Counted from the first letter of the stretch, positions 9,497 to 18,083 are shown. The stretch is DNA of 24,000 nucleotides from Corynebacterium macginleyi (GCF_003688935.1 NZ_REGE01000005.1:81867-105866); one strand, 5' to 3'. Notes: generated by a model not told the origin, from the letters alone. A program made the numbers and translations.

Positions 9497-10209
9497 GCGA
9501 GGCGTACCAGGTAGGAACCACAGTCGCTGCACTGCGGTAACTCATCAGCAGGCGCATTGCGCACGGCGCTTTTATCGACGGGTGGTAATACAATGAAACA
9601 GCCACCACAAGCCCGGTTGCCCTTGAACTGCGCGGCGCCGACGCCGTTTTCTTGCCGCTGCGCGTCGTATTCCGCAAGGGCATCGGAGGGCAGTTGTTCG
9701 CGCAAATCCGCGATACGCACGGCGGGATCGGGCTGGTTATCCGCGGCCTCTTGCGCGGCTTCCGCGGCGCGGCGCAGCATTTCTAGCTTGCGCTCGGACT
9801 CCGACACGCGCGCGCCGTGCACATCCAGGTTGGACCGTAGCGCATGGATCTCATTGTGTGCTTCTTGCAGCTCACTCATCAAATCCGCGATGCGGGACTT
9901 GGTGGCGTAAAGATCGTGTTCAATATCCTTGCGCTTCTTAGCATTCAATTCAGCGCCGAGCTGGCCCTTGTCATCGCGTTCGCGCCTGCGCAGCTTGCGT
10001 TCATCGGCCTGGATGCGCAGGATTTCATTTTCCATATCATCGACAGCCATTTGCGCGGAACCGGAGGCATCGAGCAAGCGCTTATGTTCTTGTTGCGCCT
10101 TGTCGTATTCGATCTTTTCCGCCAGCTCTTTATTCCCGCCAATGCCTTGCGAGCGTTCCAAGTTGGCCAATTCCAGCAGGACCGGTTGTAGTTCTGGCGA
10201 CAATTTCAC
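9493..10209 (-). CDS. Coiled-coil protein with a C-terminal C4 zinc ribbon (DUF164 / HP0958-like, Rv2229c-type)
   Basis: About 190 aa of charged heptad-like sequence precede CGGC-N22-CSDC. The GTG start directly follows the Nif3 TAA stop, with an AAAGGAG SD 6 nt upstream inside the Nif3 3' end. Confidence 0.85.
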   Translation of the reverse strand: MKLSPELQPVLLELANLERSQGIGGNKELAEKIEYDKAQQEHKRLLDASGSAQMAVDDMENEILRIQADERKLRRRERDDKGQLGAELNAKKRKDIEHDLYATKSRIADLMSELQEAHNEIHALRSNLDVHGARVSESERKLEMLRRAAEAAQEAADNQPDPAVRIADLREQLPSDALAEYDAQRQENGVGAAQFKGNRACGGCFIVLPPVDKSAVRNAPADELPQCSDCGSYLVRLA

Positions 10210-11352
10210 TTATGACTCCTTTGGGCGTGCGGAGATGGTCCACGGATCAGTTCGCAGACTAATAATTTCCGTATTTAGTTCTAATGCTGTTTCTACAATA
10301 TCGCGTGCTTGTGCCGTCCAGGGAAATTCGCTGGCCCAGTGGGCGGTATCGATGACCGCTGGTCCTCCGCCACGCAGATGCTCGTCCACCGGGTGGTGAC
10401 GTAGATCGGAAGTGACGTAGACATCGACACCCAGCCGCGCCACGGCCTCGAGGAAGGAATCCCCTGCGCCGGACGAGACCGCCACGGTGCGCACCCTCTG
10501 CTCCGGGTCGCCCGCGGCTCTGATGCCCCAGGCGGTTTCAGGCAGGGCGTTGGCCACCTGTTGCGTAAACTCCCGCAGGCTCATCTCGCGGGGCAGCTCG
10601 CCCACGCGTCCCAACCCCAGTGCGGTATCGAGATCACCACTTCCGGACGTTTTCACGATGTCATAGGCGGGCACCTCATACGGGTGCACCTCATGCAGCG
10701 CCGCAATCAACGGGGCCCGCAGCGAGGCGGGAGCCACAAACTCCACCCGCACTTCTTCGCCGCGGTGCAGCTTGCCGATGTCCCCTTCTACCGGCTCCGC
10801 GCCCTCCTCCGGCTGAAATTGTCCGGCGCCTGAAATATCAAAGCAGCAATGAGAATAGGCACCGATGTGGCCAGCGCCGGCATTAAAAAGCGCCTCCTTT
10901 ACCTGCTCCACGCTGCCGGTAGGAATATGCACTCCCCACTTATCTATGGTCTCTGGCTCCTCCGGCACGATGGGCCGACCTGGGTTAATGCCAACGAGTT
11001 CCGCGAGCTTATCATTAACCCCTGGGCGGGCTTTATCGGCGTTGGTGTGGGCGGCAAAAAGCGCCACACCATTTTTAATCAGGGTATGTACGACTCTACC
11101 TTTGGGGGTATCGGCCGCCACGGATTCCACTCCGCGCAATAGCAGCGGGTGGTGGACTACCAACATGTCTGCGCCAAGCTCAACTGCGCGAGCCGCTACT
11201 TCTTGAGTGCATTCCAAGGCAAAGGCGACGGTGCGCACCTCGTCTGCGGGATCGCCGCAGATTAGCCCCACCGCATCCCACTTTTCGGCCAAATGGGGCG
11301 GATAGGCCTTATCCAAAACGCGGCGCACATCGCCCACTCGCACAGCAGACAT
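10210..11352 (-). CDS. Nif3-family dinuclear-metal-centre protein (GTP cyclohydrolase I type 2 homologue), long form with an inserted domain
   Basis: Motifs present: MLVVHHPLLLRG, LFAAHTNADKA and VYVTSDLRHH. An AAAGGAG SD lies 7 nt upstream of the ATG. Confidence 0.88.
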   Translation of the reverse strand: MSAVRVGDVRRVLDKAYPPHLAEKWDAVGLICGDPADEVRTVAFALECTQEVAARAVELGADMLVVHHPLLLRGVESVAADTPKGRVVHTLIKNGVALFAAHTNADKARPGVNDKLAELVGINPGRPIVPEEPETIDKWGVHIPTGSVEQVKEALFNAGAGHIGAYSHCCFDISGAGQFQPEEGAEPVEGDIGKLHRGEEVRVEFVAPASLRAPLIAALHEVHPYEVPAYDIVKTSGSGDLDTALGLGRVGELPREMSLREFTQQVANALPETAWGIRAAGDPEQRVRTVAVSSGAGDSFLEAVARLGVDVYVTSDLRHHPVDEHLRGGGPAVIDTAHWASEFPWTAQARDIVETALELNTEIISLRTDPWTISARPKES

Positions 11353-11452
11353 GGGGATACTCCTTTATGGTCGTTTACGCTCGATTCTTGTAAATTACAC
11401 TAGTGCTATATCCTGCCCCCACTACAGTACTATCTGCGCAAAGGGTTTTCGC

Positions 11453-11944
11453 ATGACTGAATCTTCTTCTCACTCGGGTCTCTACCTTGTCTTCGTGTGC
11501 ACCGGCAATATCTGCCGCTCACCCATGGCCGAAATTATCGTCCGCGATGAATTGGAAGATGCCATGCTTGACCTCGTCGCCACCGTGGATTCCTGCGGAC
11601 TTGGCGGCTGGCACGTAGGGCAAGGCGCAGATGAAAGGGCCGTTGCAGAATTGCGCCGCGCCGGACACGATGGGGCCTCGCACCGCGCAACCAAATTGGG
11701 CGAAGAACACATGGACGCTGACCTATTCCTTGCGATGGATTCCGGTCACTACGATTCACTCATCGATGCGGGCATTGAGCCTGCCAAGGTCCGGCTAATG
11801 CGCAGCTTCGATCCGAGTGCGCCGGAAGGCGCTGAGGTCGCCGACCCTTACTATGGCACCGAAAAAGACTTCGAAACCACGCGCAAAAATATCGAAGCCG
11901 CCGTTCCCGGCCTGCTGGATTGGATTCGCGAGAACCACGACTAA
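11453..11944 (+). CDS. ptpA: Low-molecular-weight protein-tyrosine phosphatase
   Basis: CX5R(S/T) P-loop VCTGNICRSPMAE and DPYYG motif. I chose the start at MTESSSHSG (AAAGGG SD 7 nt upstream) rather than the track start at 11351, which overlaps the divergent Nif3 start. Confidence 0.9.
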   Translation: MTESSSHSGLYLVFVCTGNICRSPMAEIIVRDELEDAMLDLVATVDSCGLGGWHVGQGADERAVAELRRAGHDGASHRATKLGEEHMDADLFLAMDSGHYDSLIDAGIEPAKVRLMRSFDPSAPEGAEVADPYYGTEKDFETTRKNIEAAVPGLLDWIRENHD

Positions 11945-11954
11945 ACTTGGGGGC

Positions 11955-12920
11955 ATGCTAAAGACGTTCCTCAAGCCTGGCTGGGTGCTCATGCTACTTT
12001 TCGTGGTGGCATTTTCCTACCTGGCCTTTAGCGTCCTTGCCCCATGGCAATTGGGAAAGGACGAAGACATTGTAGAACGCAATGAAAACATCACGCATGC
12101 CTACGAGGCCGACCCACAGCCGGTTGAGCAGCTCTTAGATGAAGACGGCGCCATTTCCGGTGATGAATGGTCCCGCGCCACACTCACGGGGCACTACCTG
12201 GCCGAAAAGGAAGTCTTGCTTCGCCTGCGCCCCGCCGGCTCCGGTCCGTCCTATCAGTCCTTGGTGCCTTTCCGCACCGACGGAGGCCTGACCATGCTAG
12301 TTAACCGTGGTTGGATAAGCGCCAAGGAAGGCAATGCGGTCCCGGATATCCCGCCCGCTCCCTCTGAAAAGGTGAGCATTACCGGCATGGTGCGCTCAAA
12401 TGAGGCAGAGCATCAAACCTCCCCCATCACACAGGAAGGCTACCGGCAGGTCTATTCCATCCACACGCAGCAGGTGGGCTCGCTTATCGGTGTCGACTTA
12501 GGCCATGATTACATCCAGCTCTCTGAAGGCCAGCCGGGGGTACTCACTGCCATGCCCATCCCGCAACTCGACCGCGGCAACCACCTTTCCTATGGCTACC
12601 AGTGGATTGCCTTCGGTATTATGGCTCCGCTAGGTTTGGGCTACTTTATATGGTCCGAGATCCGCGAGCGCCGCCGCCTGCACGAAGAAGAAGCCGCTAT
12701 GCAGGCCCTCGACGCGGATGCAGAATCGCTTGCCGATGCCACCACCGAGACCGAATCTCACGCCGGGGCTACCTCGCAGCCCGAACCACACACACAGTCG
12801 TCAAGCTCTGCCTCGCATACGTATGCCGCTGCGCTGCGCAACCGCTCACGCTACGGAGATTCCAAACCGGACCACTATGCCAAGCTGAAAAAACGCCGCC
12901 GCGAGCGCTACGAACCGTAG
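11955..12920 (+). CDS. SURF1-like membrane protein (cytochrome oxidase assembly family) with a charged C-terminal tail
   Basis: From MLKTFLKPGWVLMLLFVVAFSYLAF (N-terminal TM) through ...LLRLRP...VNRGWI... to a second TM (HLSYGYQWIAFGIMAPLGLGYFIW). The start at 11955 lies 10 nt after the ptpA stop. The track start at 11817 lies inside ptpA. Confidence 0.85.
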   Translation: MLKTFLKPGWVLMLLFVVAFSYLAFSVLAPWQLGKDEDIVERNENITHAYEADPQPVEQLLDEDGAISGDEWSRATLTGHYLAEKEVLLRLRPAGSGPSYQSLVPFRTDGGLTMLVNRGWISAKEGNAVPDIPPAPSEKVSITGMVRSNEAEHQTSPITQEGYRQVYSIHTQQVGSLIGVDLGHDYIQLSEGQPGVLTAMPIPQLDRGNHLSYGYQWIAFGIMAPLGLGYFIWSEIRERRRLHEEEAAMQALDADAESLADATTETESHAGATSQPEPHTQSSSSASHTYAAALRNRSRYGDSKPDHYAKLKKRRRERYEP

Positions 12921-13045
12921 TCGTGGGCTAGCCAGGGCGCTGTCTCGGCCGCATATTTGCCCACACGGAGGCGACTGAGTTCACGACAAAATTGTCACCC
13001 TGTTTCTGCGAATGCAATCGTGATACTTGATAGGTCAGCCGGGAC

Positions 13046-13273
13046 ATGCTTGACACTATGAACAGCCCCAATCGCAACCTCGCCATCGTCACAGCAGTCC
13101 GTGAGCAAGAGCGCAGTCCATCTAAAGTAGTCAAGGAATGCAGAATCTCTCGCCTACGCGTCTACCAAATCCTTAATGCCTCCGACAACAGAGGCACCCA
13201 ACCCATCGGACCGAAATCCCGCGCCCCGCGCACTCGACCCCAAGCCGTTCCAGACGCACATTTTGCTACTTAA
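13046..13273 (+). pseudogene. N-terminal HTH fragment of an IS481-like transposase
   Basis: NRNLAIVTAVREQERSPSKVVKECRISRLRVYQIL...GPKSRAPRTRPQAVP resembles the HTH plus S-R-x-P-x-x-x-P linker at the N-terminus of IS481/IS3-type transposases. There is no DDE core downstream. Confidence 0.55.
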
Positions 13274-13423
13274 CCCCCTATTCACCCCATGAGGCCGACC
13301 GTAGACGCACCGAAACCAGCTATCTCACCTATCAAGGTGAGAAGTCTGCTCCCTGGGGGACTTATCGCCGGTTTCACGTTCTTTAAAACTAAAAAGTTAA
13401 CTTTTAACAACATACGGCTGCCG

Positions 13424-13690
13424 ATGGTTGAAGCTCTTATACAAATCGCCGAGGCGCGAGGTTACCCATCCGGTGGCATCGCGGCGGCCCACCCCGGACA
13501 CGACGGAGTACACGAGTTCCGCGCCGACCGCTTCGCAGCACGCCTCCTTATCTCCCCTGTCGAATACGCCGCTGCAGAAACCATCTACGGACCACATCCA
13601 GCACCCTGGCCAACGAACTCGGTGCTACGGCCAAAGTCCTCACAAGCTGGCAAGCTCTACATGAAAGAAAGCCAGTACTCCCCGTGTTAA
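13424..13690 (+). pseudogene. ImmA/IrrE (COG2856)-like metallopeptidase fragment, frameshifted
   Basis: HPGHDGVHEFRADRFAARLLISP matches the H-E-x-x-H...E.eAN.FAa.LL.P region, but the catalytic Glu is lost and the spacing is shortened. The expected C-terminal ...ANELGATAKVLTSWQALHE continues in a different frame. Confidence 0.5.
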
Positions 13691-13751
13691 CACACCATTT
13701 CCAAATTCAGATATGTAAATAAAGCTCAAACCCGTTACCGAAAGGAAAATC

Positions 13752-14048
13752 GTGTTCAAGTTTAAGAAGTGTGTGGCTACTGTTGCTATTGCTACGGCGA
13801 TAGGTTGCGGGTCCCCTGCTGTGGCGTCCGCTGCGCCGGTAGTACCTGCCGCAACGAGCAGCTCCGACGAGCTGTTTCAAGCATATGCGATTGCTTTGAG
13901 CATTGGAGCTGCGGCTTTCTACGGCCTCCCCAAAGAGGCACAAGACTGGATTCTTAGCAATTCCGCGATTCTAAAAATGCTCAATTTCCAGTCCAACAAG
14001 GCTAGTGAGGATTATGCCCGTATGAAGGCCTCGCTGACTGAAAGCTAA
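13752..14048 (+). CDS. Small secreted protein or possible lipoprotein (98 aa), function unknown
   Basis: GTG start with an AAAGGAAAA SD 3-4 nt upstream. The signal peptide is MFKFKKCVATVAIATAIGCGSPAVASA|AP, with either an AxA cleavage site or an imperfect lipobox AIGC. The mature part is helical and Ala-rich. A hairpin follows at 14086-14115. Confidence 0.6.
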   Translation: MFKFKKCVATVAIATAIGCGSPAVASAAPVVPAATSSSDELFQAYAIALSIGAAAFYGLPKEAQDWILSNSAILKMLNFQSNKASEDYARMKASLTES

Positions 14049-14080
14049 GACCACAACCACTTCAGGACGTAACAAGACGC

Positions 14081-14115
14081 AAAAAGGGGCCACTTGGTTT
14101 ATACCGAGTGGCCCT
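14081..14115 (-). terminator. Intrinsic-terminator-like hairpin oriented for the minus strand
   Basis: GGGCCACT (14087-14094) pairs with AGTGGCCC (14107-14114). On the minus strand the stem is followed by CTTTTTG. It may act bidirectionally for the 13752-14048 gene. Confidence 0.45.
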
Positions 14116-14124
14116 ACCCATGCG

Positions 14125-14378
14125 GTGAATCGGTGCGTGAAGGATGGGCATATCCCTGGACGGTTGACTCCCTACGGCTTGCGGCATGTGGCGGCGGGGC
14201 TGATGTTAGCGTCTGGTGCGTCGGTGAAAGCGGTACAAAAGCAGTTGAGGCATAAGTCTGCGATGCTCACCCTCGATACGTGTGCGGACTTGGTTGTGGT
14301 GACCTTGATGAGGTGGCGGGCCGGATGGATGAGAGGCTTCGTGAAATACCGTCGGGCGCGCCGTGCTTTTCAAGGTAG
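14125..14378 (+). pseudogene. C-terminal fragment of a phage-type tyrosine integrase (5'-truncated, frameshifted, catalytic Tyr replaced by Cys)
   Basis: LTPYGLRHVAAGLMLASGASVKAVQKQLRHKSAMLTLDTCADL matches the box II region (..HDLRH....L...G.....vq..LGH.s...T.d.Y.hl), but TGT (Cys) occupies the place of the catalytic Tyr. The expected tail GDLDEVAGRMDERLREIP is in another frame (14298-14378). The N-terminal roughly 250-300 aa of a normal integrase are absent. Confidence 0.8.
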
Positions 14379-14401
14379 CGTTTTTGTCGTGGGATTGAGT
14401 A

Positions 14402-14435
14402 AGACCCCTATTCCGATTTCTCGAAAAAGGGGTCT
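14402..14435. repeat. 8-bp inverted repeat AGACCCCT...AGGGGTCT between the integrase remnant and the tRNA 3' end
   Basis: 14402-14409 pairs with 14428-14435 across an 18-nt loop. There is no flanking T-tract, so this is not a classical terminator. It could be an att-arm or recombination-site remnant. Confidence 0.35.
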
Positions 14436-14439
14436 AATC

Positions 14440-14515
14440 TGGTGCGGCCTGAGGGGATCGAACCCCCGACCTATTGGGTGTAAACCAATTGCTCTTCCAG
14501 CTGAGCTAAAGCCGC
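14440..14515 (-). tRNA. tRNA-Val (anticodon UAC), CCA encoded
   Basis: The minus strand reads GCGGCTTTAGCTCAGCTGGAAGAGCAATTGGTTTACACCCAATAGGTCGGGGGTTCGATCCCCTCAGGCCGCACCA. It folds as a cloverleaf: 7-bp acceptor stem, GCTC/GAGC D stem, ATTGG/CCAAT anticodon stem with loop TTTACAC, and a GGGGG/CCCTC T stem with a TTCGATC loop. Confidence 0.95.
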
Positions 14516-14522
14516 ATGCGCC

Positions 14523-14550
14523 CTTGCGCTGTCATGTACAGTAGCGCAAG
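14523..14550 (-). terminator. Hairpin downstream of the DUF3052 gene (possible terminator or processing element upstream of the tRNA)
   Basis: CTTGCGCT (14523-14530) pairs with AGCGCAAG (14543-14550) across a 12-nt loop. It lies 33 nt beyond the DUF3052 stop. It has no T-tract, hence the low confidence. Confidence 0.3.
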
Positions 14551-14582
14551 CTTATAAAGCAACACAAATCAGCTGGTAAAGA

Positions 14583-14981
14583 CTATTTTTTGGTGTATCC
14601 ACGCTGGACCAGGCAGGAGCCTTGCCACTCACCTAAACGCTCAGCTTTGGTTTGTACCAAGCCAGCCAGCTGCGCCGATTCAGAAATGAGCCCGGGTTCA
14701 ACAGTACCCGGCTTGCCTGCACCCGGGGTCAGCAACCAAACAGCACCGTTATCCGCGAGCGGGCGACTGGCATCGACCAAACCGTCCACGAGGTCACCGT
14801 CTTCCTCGCGCCACCAGAGAAGGACTACATCGCACAGTTCATCATTTTCCTCTTCGAGGAAATCCTCACCGAGTACGGCTTCGATCGATTCAGAGATTGT
14901 AGTGTCACAATCCTCGTCCCACCCAAGCTCTAGAGCGATCTGCCCTTCCTTGATTCCGAGCTTGACAGCAGCGTCAGCCAC
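14583..14981 (-). CDS. DUF3052-family protein (Rv2239c-like), the conserved neighbour of aceE
   Basis: 132 aa, starting MADAAVKLGIKEGQIALELGWDED...VWLLTPGAGKPG. GTG start with an AAGGAAGGA SD 8 nt upstream. The position divergent from aceE matches mycobacterial and corynebacterial synteny as I remember it. Confidence 0.8.
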   Translation of the reverse strand: MADAAVKLGIKEGQIALELGWDEDCDTTISESIEAVLGEDFLEEENDELCDVVLLWWREEDGDLVDGLVDASRPLADNGAVWLLTPGAGKPGTVEPGLISESAQLAGLVQTKAERLGEWQGSCLVQRGYTKK

Positions 14982-15305
14982 TATGCATTTCCTTCCTTAA
15001 CCAGTGAATTCTTTCCCACACCCCACCTGCGCATAACACGGAGGGCGAGCGTTATTACATGTAGTGTAACGTCCCAGGGCGTTTTTTACTTGCTATAGCA
15101 CCCCCTTCGATCAATTTTCAGGGCTTTTCTACCCACATCGGGATCTGTTTTGGGGAACAAATAGTGCCGTTTAGGGGTCTTCTACCCACGTTTGTTCGCT
15201 GCCCTAGGGCCGTAAACCGCAGGTGGTGAGGGGGTCACTGGAAAGCGCCGTGTTTTATCCGGACTAGACTCCCACTCACGATCAGGGAACGCGTATCGTA
15301 GGAGT

Positions 15306-15318
15306 TAAACTTTGCAGA
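15306..15318 (+). promoter_or_regulatory. RamB-box-like motif TAAACTTTGCAGA in the aceE leader
   Basis: 11 of 13 positions match the C. glutamicum RamB consensus A(A/G)AACTTTGCAAA. It lies 21 nt upstream of the aceE ATG, just 5' of the AGGAGG SD. Confidence 0.35.
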
Positions 15319-15338
15319 CCCTAAATTAGGAGGTTTAC

Positions 15339-18083
15339 ATGGCCGAGACGGACCCCGCCAAGGGCGATTCCAACTTTCCCCTTATCCGCGATGGTGTTGC
15401 ATCGTACCTTCACGATAGCGACCCAGAAGAAACTCGCGAGTGGATGGATTCCCTCGATGGTCTGCTAGACCATTCAGATCACGAACGCGCACGCTACCTG
15501 ATGCTGCGCCTTCTGGAGCGCGCCACCGCTAAACGCGTGGAGCTCCCTTCGTTGACGTCGACGGACTTCGTCAACACCATTCCCACCGACATGGAGCCGG
15601 AATTTCCTGGCGATGAGGAGCTAGAAAAGCGCTACCGACGTTGGATCCGCTGGAACGCTGCCATCATGGTGCACCGCGCGCAACGCCCCGGCATTGGCGT
15701 CGGTGGGCATATCTCCACCTATGCGGGTGCCGCCCCACTCTACGAAGTCGGACTCAACCACTTCTTTAAAGGCAAAGACGATCCTTCAGGCGGCGATCAG
15801 GTCTTCTTCCAGGGCCACGCCTCCCCAGGAATGTACGCCCGCGCCTACATGGAAGGTCGCCTCTCTGAGGAGGATCTCGACGGCTTCCGTCAAGAAGTCT
15901 CCTTAGGTGAAGGCAAGGGTCTGCCTTCTTATCCGCACCCGCGCCTGATGCCATGGTTCTGGGAATTCCCCACCGTCTCCATGGGTCTAGGGCCAGTCAA
16001 CGCTATTTACCAAGCACGCTTCAATAAGTACCTAGAAACCCGCGGCATCAAGGACACCTCAAAGCAGCACGTCTGGGCTTTCCTGGGCGATGGCGAGATG
16101 GACGAGCCAGAATCCCGCGGCCTGCTGCAGACTGCTGCGTTGTACGAGCTGGATAACCTCACTTTCGTAATCAACTGCAACCTGCAGCGTCTCGACGGCC
16201 CAGTGCGCGGTAACACCCAGATCATTCAGGAACTAGAGTCTTTCTTCCGCGGCGCTGGCTGGGACGTCATCAAGGTCATTTGGGGCCGCGGTTGGGACAA
16301 GCTGCTGGAAAAGGACACCGAAGGTGCCCTCGTCAACGTAATGAATGCCACCTCAGACGGTGATTATCAGACCTTCAAGGCTAACGACGGCGCCTATGTG
16401 CGCGAGCACTTCTTCGGCCGCGATGAGCGCACCGCTAAGCTGGTAGAAGACATCACCGATGAAGAGATTTGGGCGCTACGTCGCGGTGGCCACGACTACC
16501 GCAAGGTCTATGCAGCGTACGCTCGCGCCCTGGAGAACAAGGGCTCGGGCAAGCCGACCGTCATCTTGGCCCACACCATTAAGGGCTACGGCTTGGGCCA
16601 CAACTTCGAAGGCCGCAACGCTACCCACCAAATGAAAAAGCTGACGCTGGAGGATATCAAGAACTTCCGCGACAAGCAGGAGATCCCATTCTCTGATGAA
16701 GAGCTAGAAAAGGACCCATACCTGCCACCGTACTACCACCCGGGTAAGGATTCTCCGGAAATTAAGTACATGCTGGAGCGCCGTAAAGAACTCGGCGGCT
16801 TCCTCCCTGAGCGCCGCGCGGACTTCACTCCGCTGGAAGCACCTGCTTTGGACAAGCTGCGCTCCGTACGCAAGGGTTCTGGCAAGCAGGAAGTCGCTAC
16901 CACCATGGCCTTGGTGCGCACTTTCAAGGAAGTCATGCGCAATAAGGAACTAGGCAAGCGAATCGTGCCCATCATCCCGGATGAGGCCCGTACCTTCGGT
17001 ATGGACTCCTGGTTCCCCACCATGAAGATTTGGAACCCGCGCGGTCAGAACTATGTGCCGGTGGACCACGACCTGATGTTGTCCTACCGCGAGGCCGCCG
17101 ATGGCCAGATCATGCACGAGGGCATTTCTGAAGCCGGTGCGGCGGCATCTTTTACCGCCGCCGCAACCTCGTATGCCACCCAGGGCGAGGCCATGATTCC
17201 GCTGTACATCTTCTACTCGATGTTCGGGTTCCAGCGCACTGGCGATGCCTTCTGGGCCGCCGGCGACCAGCTGGGCCGCGGCTTTATCATCGGCGCTACC
17301 GCCGGCCGTACCACCCTAACTGGTGAGGGCCTCCAGCACATGGACGGCCACTCGCCTATCCTGGCAGGCACCAACCCGGCAGTCATTTCTTACGACCCGG
17401 CCTTCGGCTTTGAAATTGCGCATCTTGTAGCGCGCGGTATCGAGCGCATGTACGGCAAGGACAGCGAGCCGGTCATGTACTATCTCACCGTGTACAACGA
17501 GCCAGTCCGTCAACCGGCTGAGCCGGAGGACTTGGACGTGGAAGGCCTGCACAAGGGTATCTACCACTTCAATACCGCTGAGAATGGCTCTATCCCGGCT
17601 AATATCCTGGCTTCGGGTGTCGGCATGCACGAGGCTCTTCGCGCTCAAGAGATTCTGGCTGAAGACTACGATGTCAGGACCTCATTGTTCTCCGTGACCT
17701 CTTGGAACGAACTAGCCCGCGACGGTGCCCGCCGCAATAAGGAGGCGTTGCGCAAAGGTGAGGAGCCCTCCGAGGCATTCGCTACCTCCCAGCTCAAGGA
17801 CTTCGAAGGCCCATTCGTCGGTGTCTCGGACTTCACCACCGAGTTGCAGGAGCAGATTCGTCCCTACGTCCCTGGTACCTACATCACGTTGGGGGCAGAC
17901 GGCTTCGGCTTCTCCGATACGCGCGAGGGCGCTCGCCGCTTCTTCAATATTGACGCGGAATCGATCATCGTCGCCGTGCTCGATGGTCTTGCTCGGGAAG
18001 GCAAGATTGATCGCTCCGTCGTAGAAAAGGCAGCCTCCGAACTGAAGTTGGATGACCCGACTGCACCTAATAGCGGCGAGTAA
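15339..18083 (+). CDS. aceE: Pyruvate dehydrogenase E1 component, homodimeric type (914 aa)
   Basis: Full-length ORF with an AGGAGG SD 5 nt upstream. The TPP-binding motif is [39 protein letters not shown]- and C-terminal regions are typical of AceE. Confidence 0.97.
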   Translation: MAETDPAKGDSNFPLIRDGVASYLHDSDPEETREWMDSLDGLLDHSDHERARYLMLRLLERATAKRVELPSLTSTDFVNTIPTDMEPEFPGDEELEKRYRRWIRWNAAIMVHRAQRPGIGVGGHISTYAGAAPLYEVGLNHFFKGKDDPSGGDQVFFQGHASPGMYARAYMEGRLSEEDLDGFRQEVSLGEGKGLPSYPHPRLMPWFWEFPTVSMGLGPVNAIYQARFNKYLETRGIKDTSKQHVWAFLGDGEMDEPESRGLLQTAALYELDNLTFVINCNLQRLDGPVRGNTQIIQELESFFRGAGWDVIKVIWGRGWDKLLEKDTEGALVNVMNATSDGDYQTFKANDGAYVREHFFGRDERTAKLVEDITDEEIWALRRGGHDYRKVYAAYARALENKGSGKPTVILAHTIKGYGLGHNFEGRNATHQMKKLTLEDIKNFRDKQEIPFSDEELEKDPYLPPYYHPGKDSPEIKYMLERRKELGGFLPERRADFTPLEAPALDKLRSVRKGSGKQEVATTMALVRTFKEVMRNKELGKRIVPIIPDEARTFGMDSWFPTMKIWNPRGQNYVPVDHDLMLSYREAADGQIMHEGISEAGAAASFTAAATSYATQGEAMIPLYIFYSMFGFQRTGDAFWAAGDQLGRGFIIGATAGRTTLTGEGLQHMDGHSPILAGTNPAVISYDPAFGFEIAHLVARGIERMYGKDSEPVMYYLTVYNEPVRQPAEPEDLDVEGLHKGIYHFNTAENGSIPANILASGVGMHEALRAQEILAEDYDVRTSLFSVTSWNELARDGARRNKEALRKGEEPSEAFATSQLKDFEGPFVGVSDFTTELQEQIRPYVPGTYITLGADGFGFSDTREGARRFFNIDAESIIVAVLDGLAREGKIDRSVVEKAASELKLDDPTAPNSGE

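Larger units (their letters stand above)
12921..14439. mobile_element. Decayed integrative element / prophage remnant inserted at the 3' side of tRNA-Val
   Basis: The interval contains only gene fragments (transposase HTH, ImmA-like, tyrosine integrase C-terminus), one small intact ORF and orphan hairpins. It lies between conserved core genes and ends at the 3' end of a tRNA, the classical integration target. Confidence 0.7.

Noticed and set aside
11351-11954. Longer track starts for ptpA (11351) and the SURF1-like gene (11817)
   Set aside because: The N-terminal extensions overlap neighbouring genes or the divergent promoter region, have no SD and add non-homologous sequence. The internal starts at 11453 and 11955 have proper SDs and give canonical N-termini.
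12920-14393. 8-mer GTCGTGGG present just after the SURF1-like stop (12920-12927) and just after the integrase-remnant stop (14386-14393), a possible att-like direct repeat
   Set aside because: Only 8 nt match and the flanks diverge immediately. A chance match of this length in two roughly 100-bp windows is not negligible. The right copy is also not in the tRNA, where an att core would be expected.
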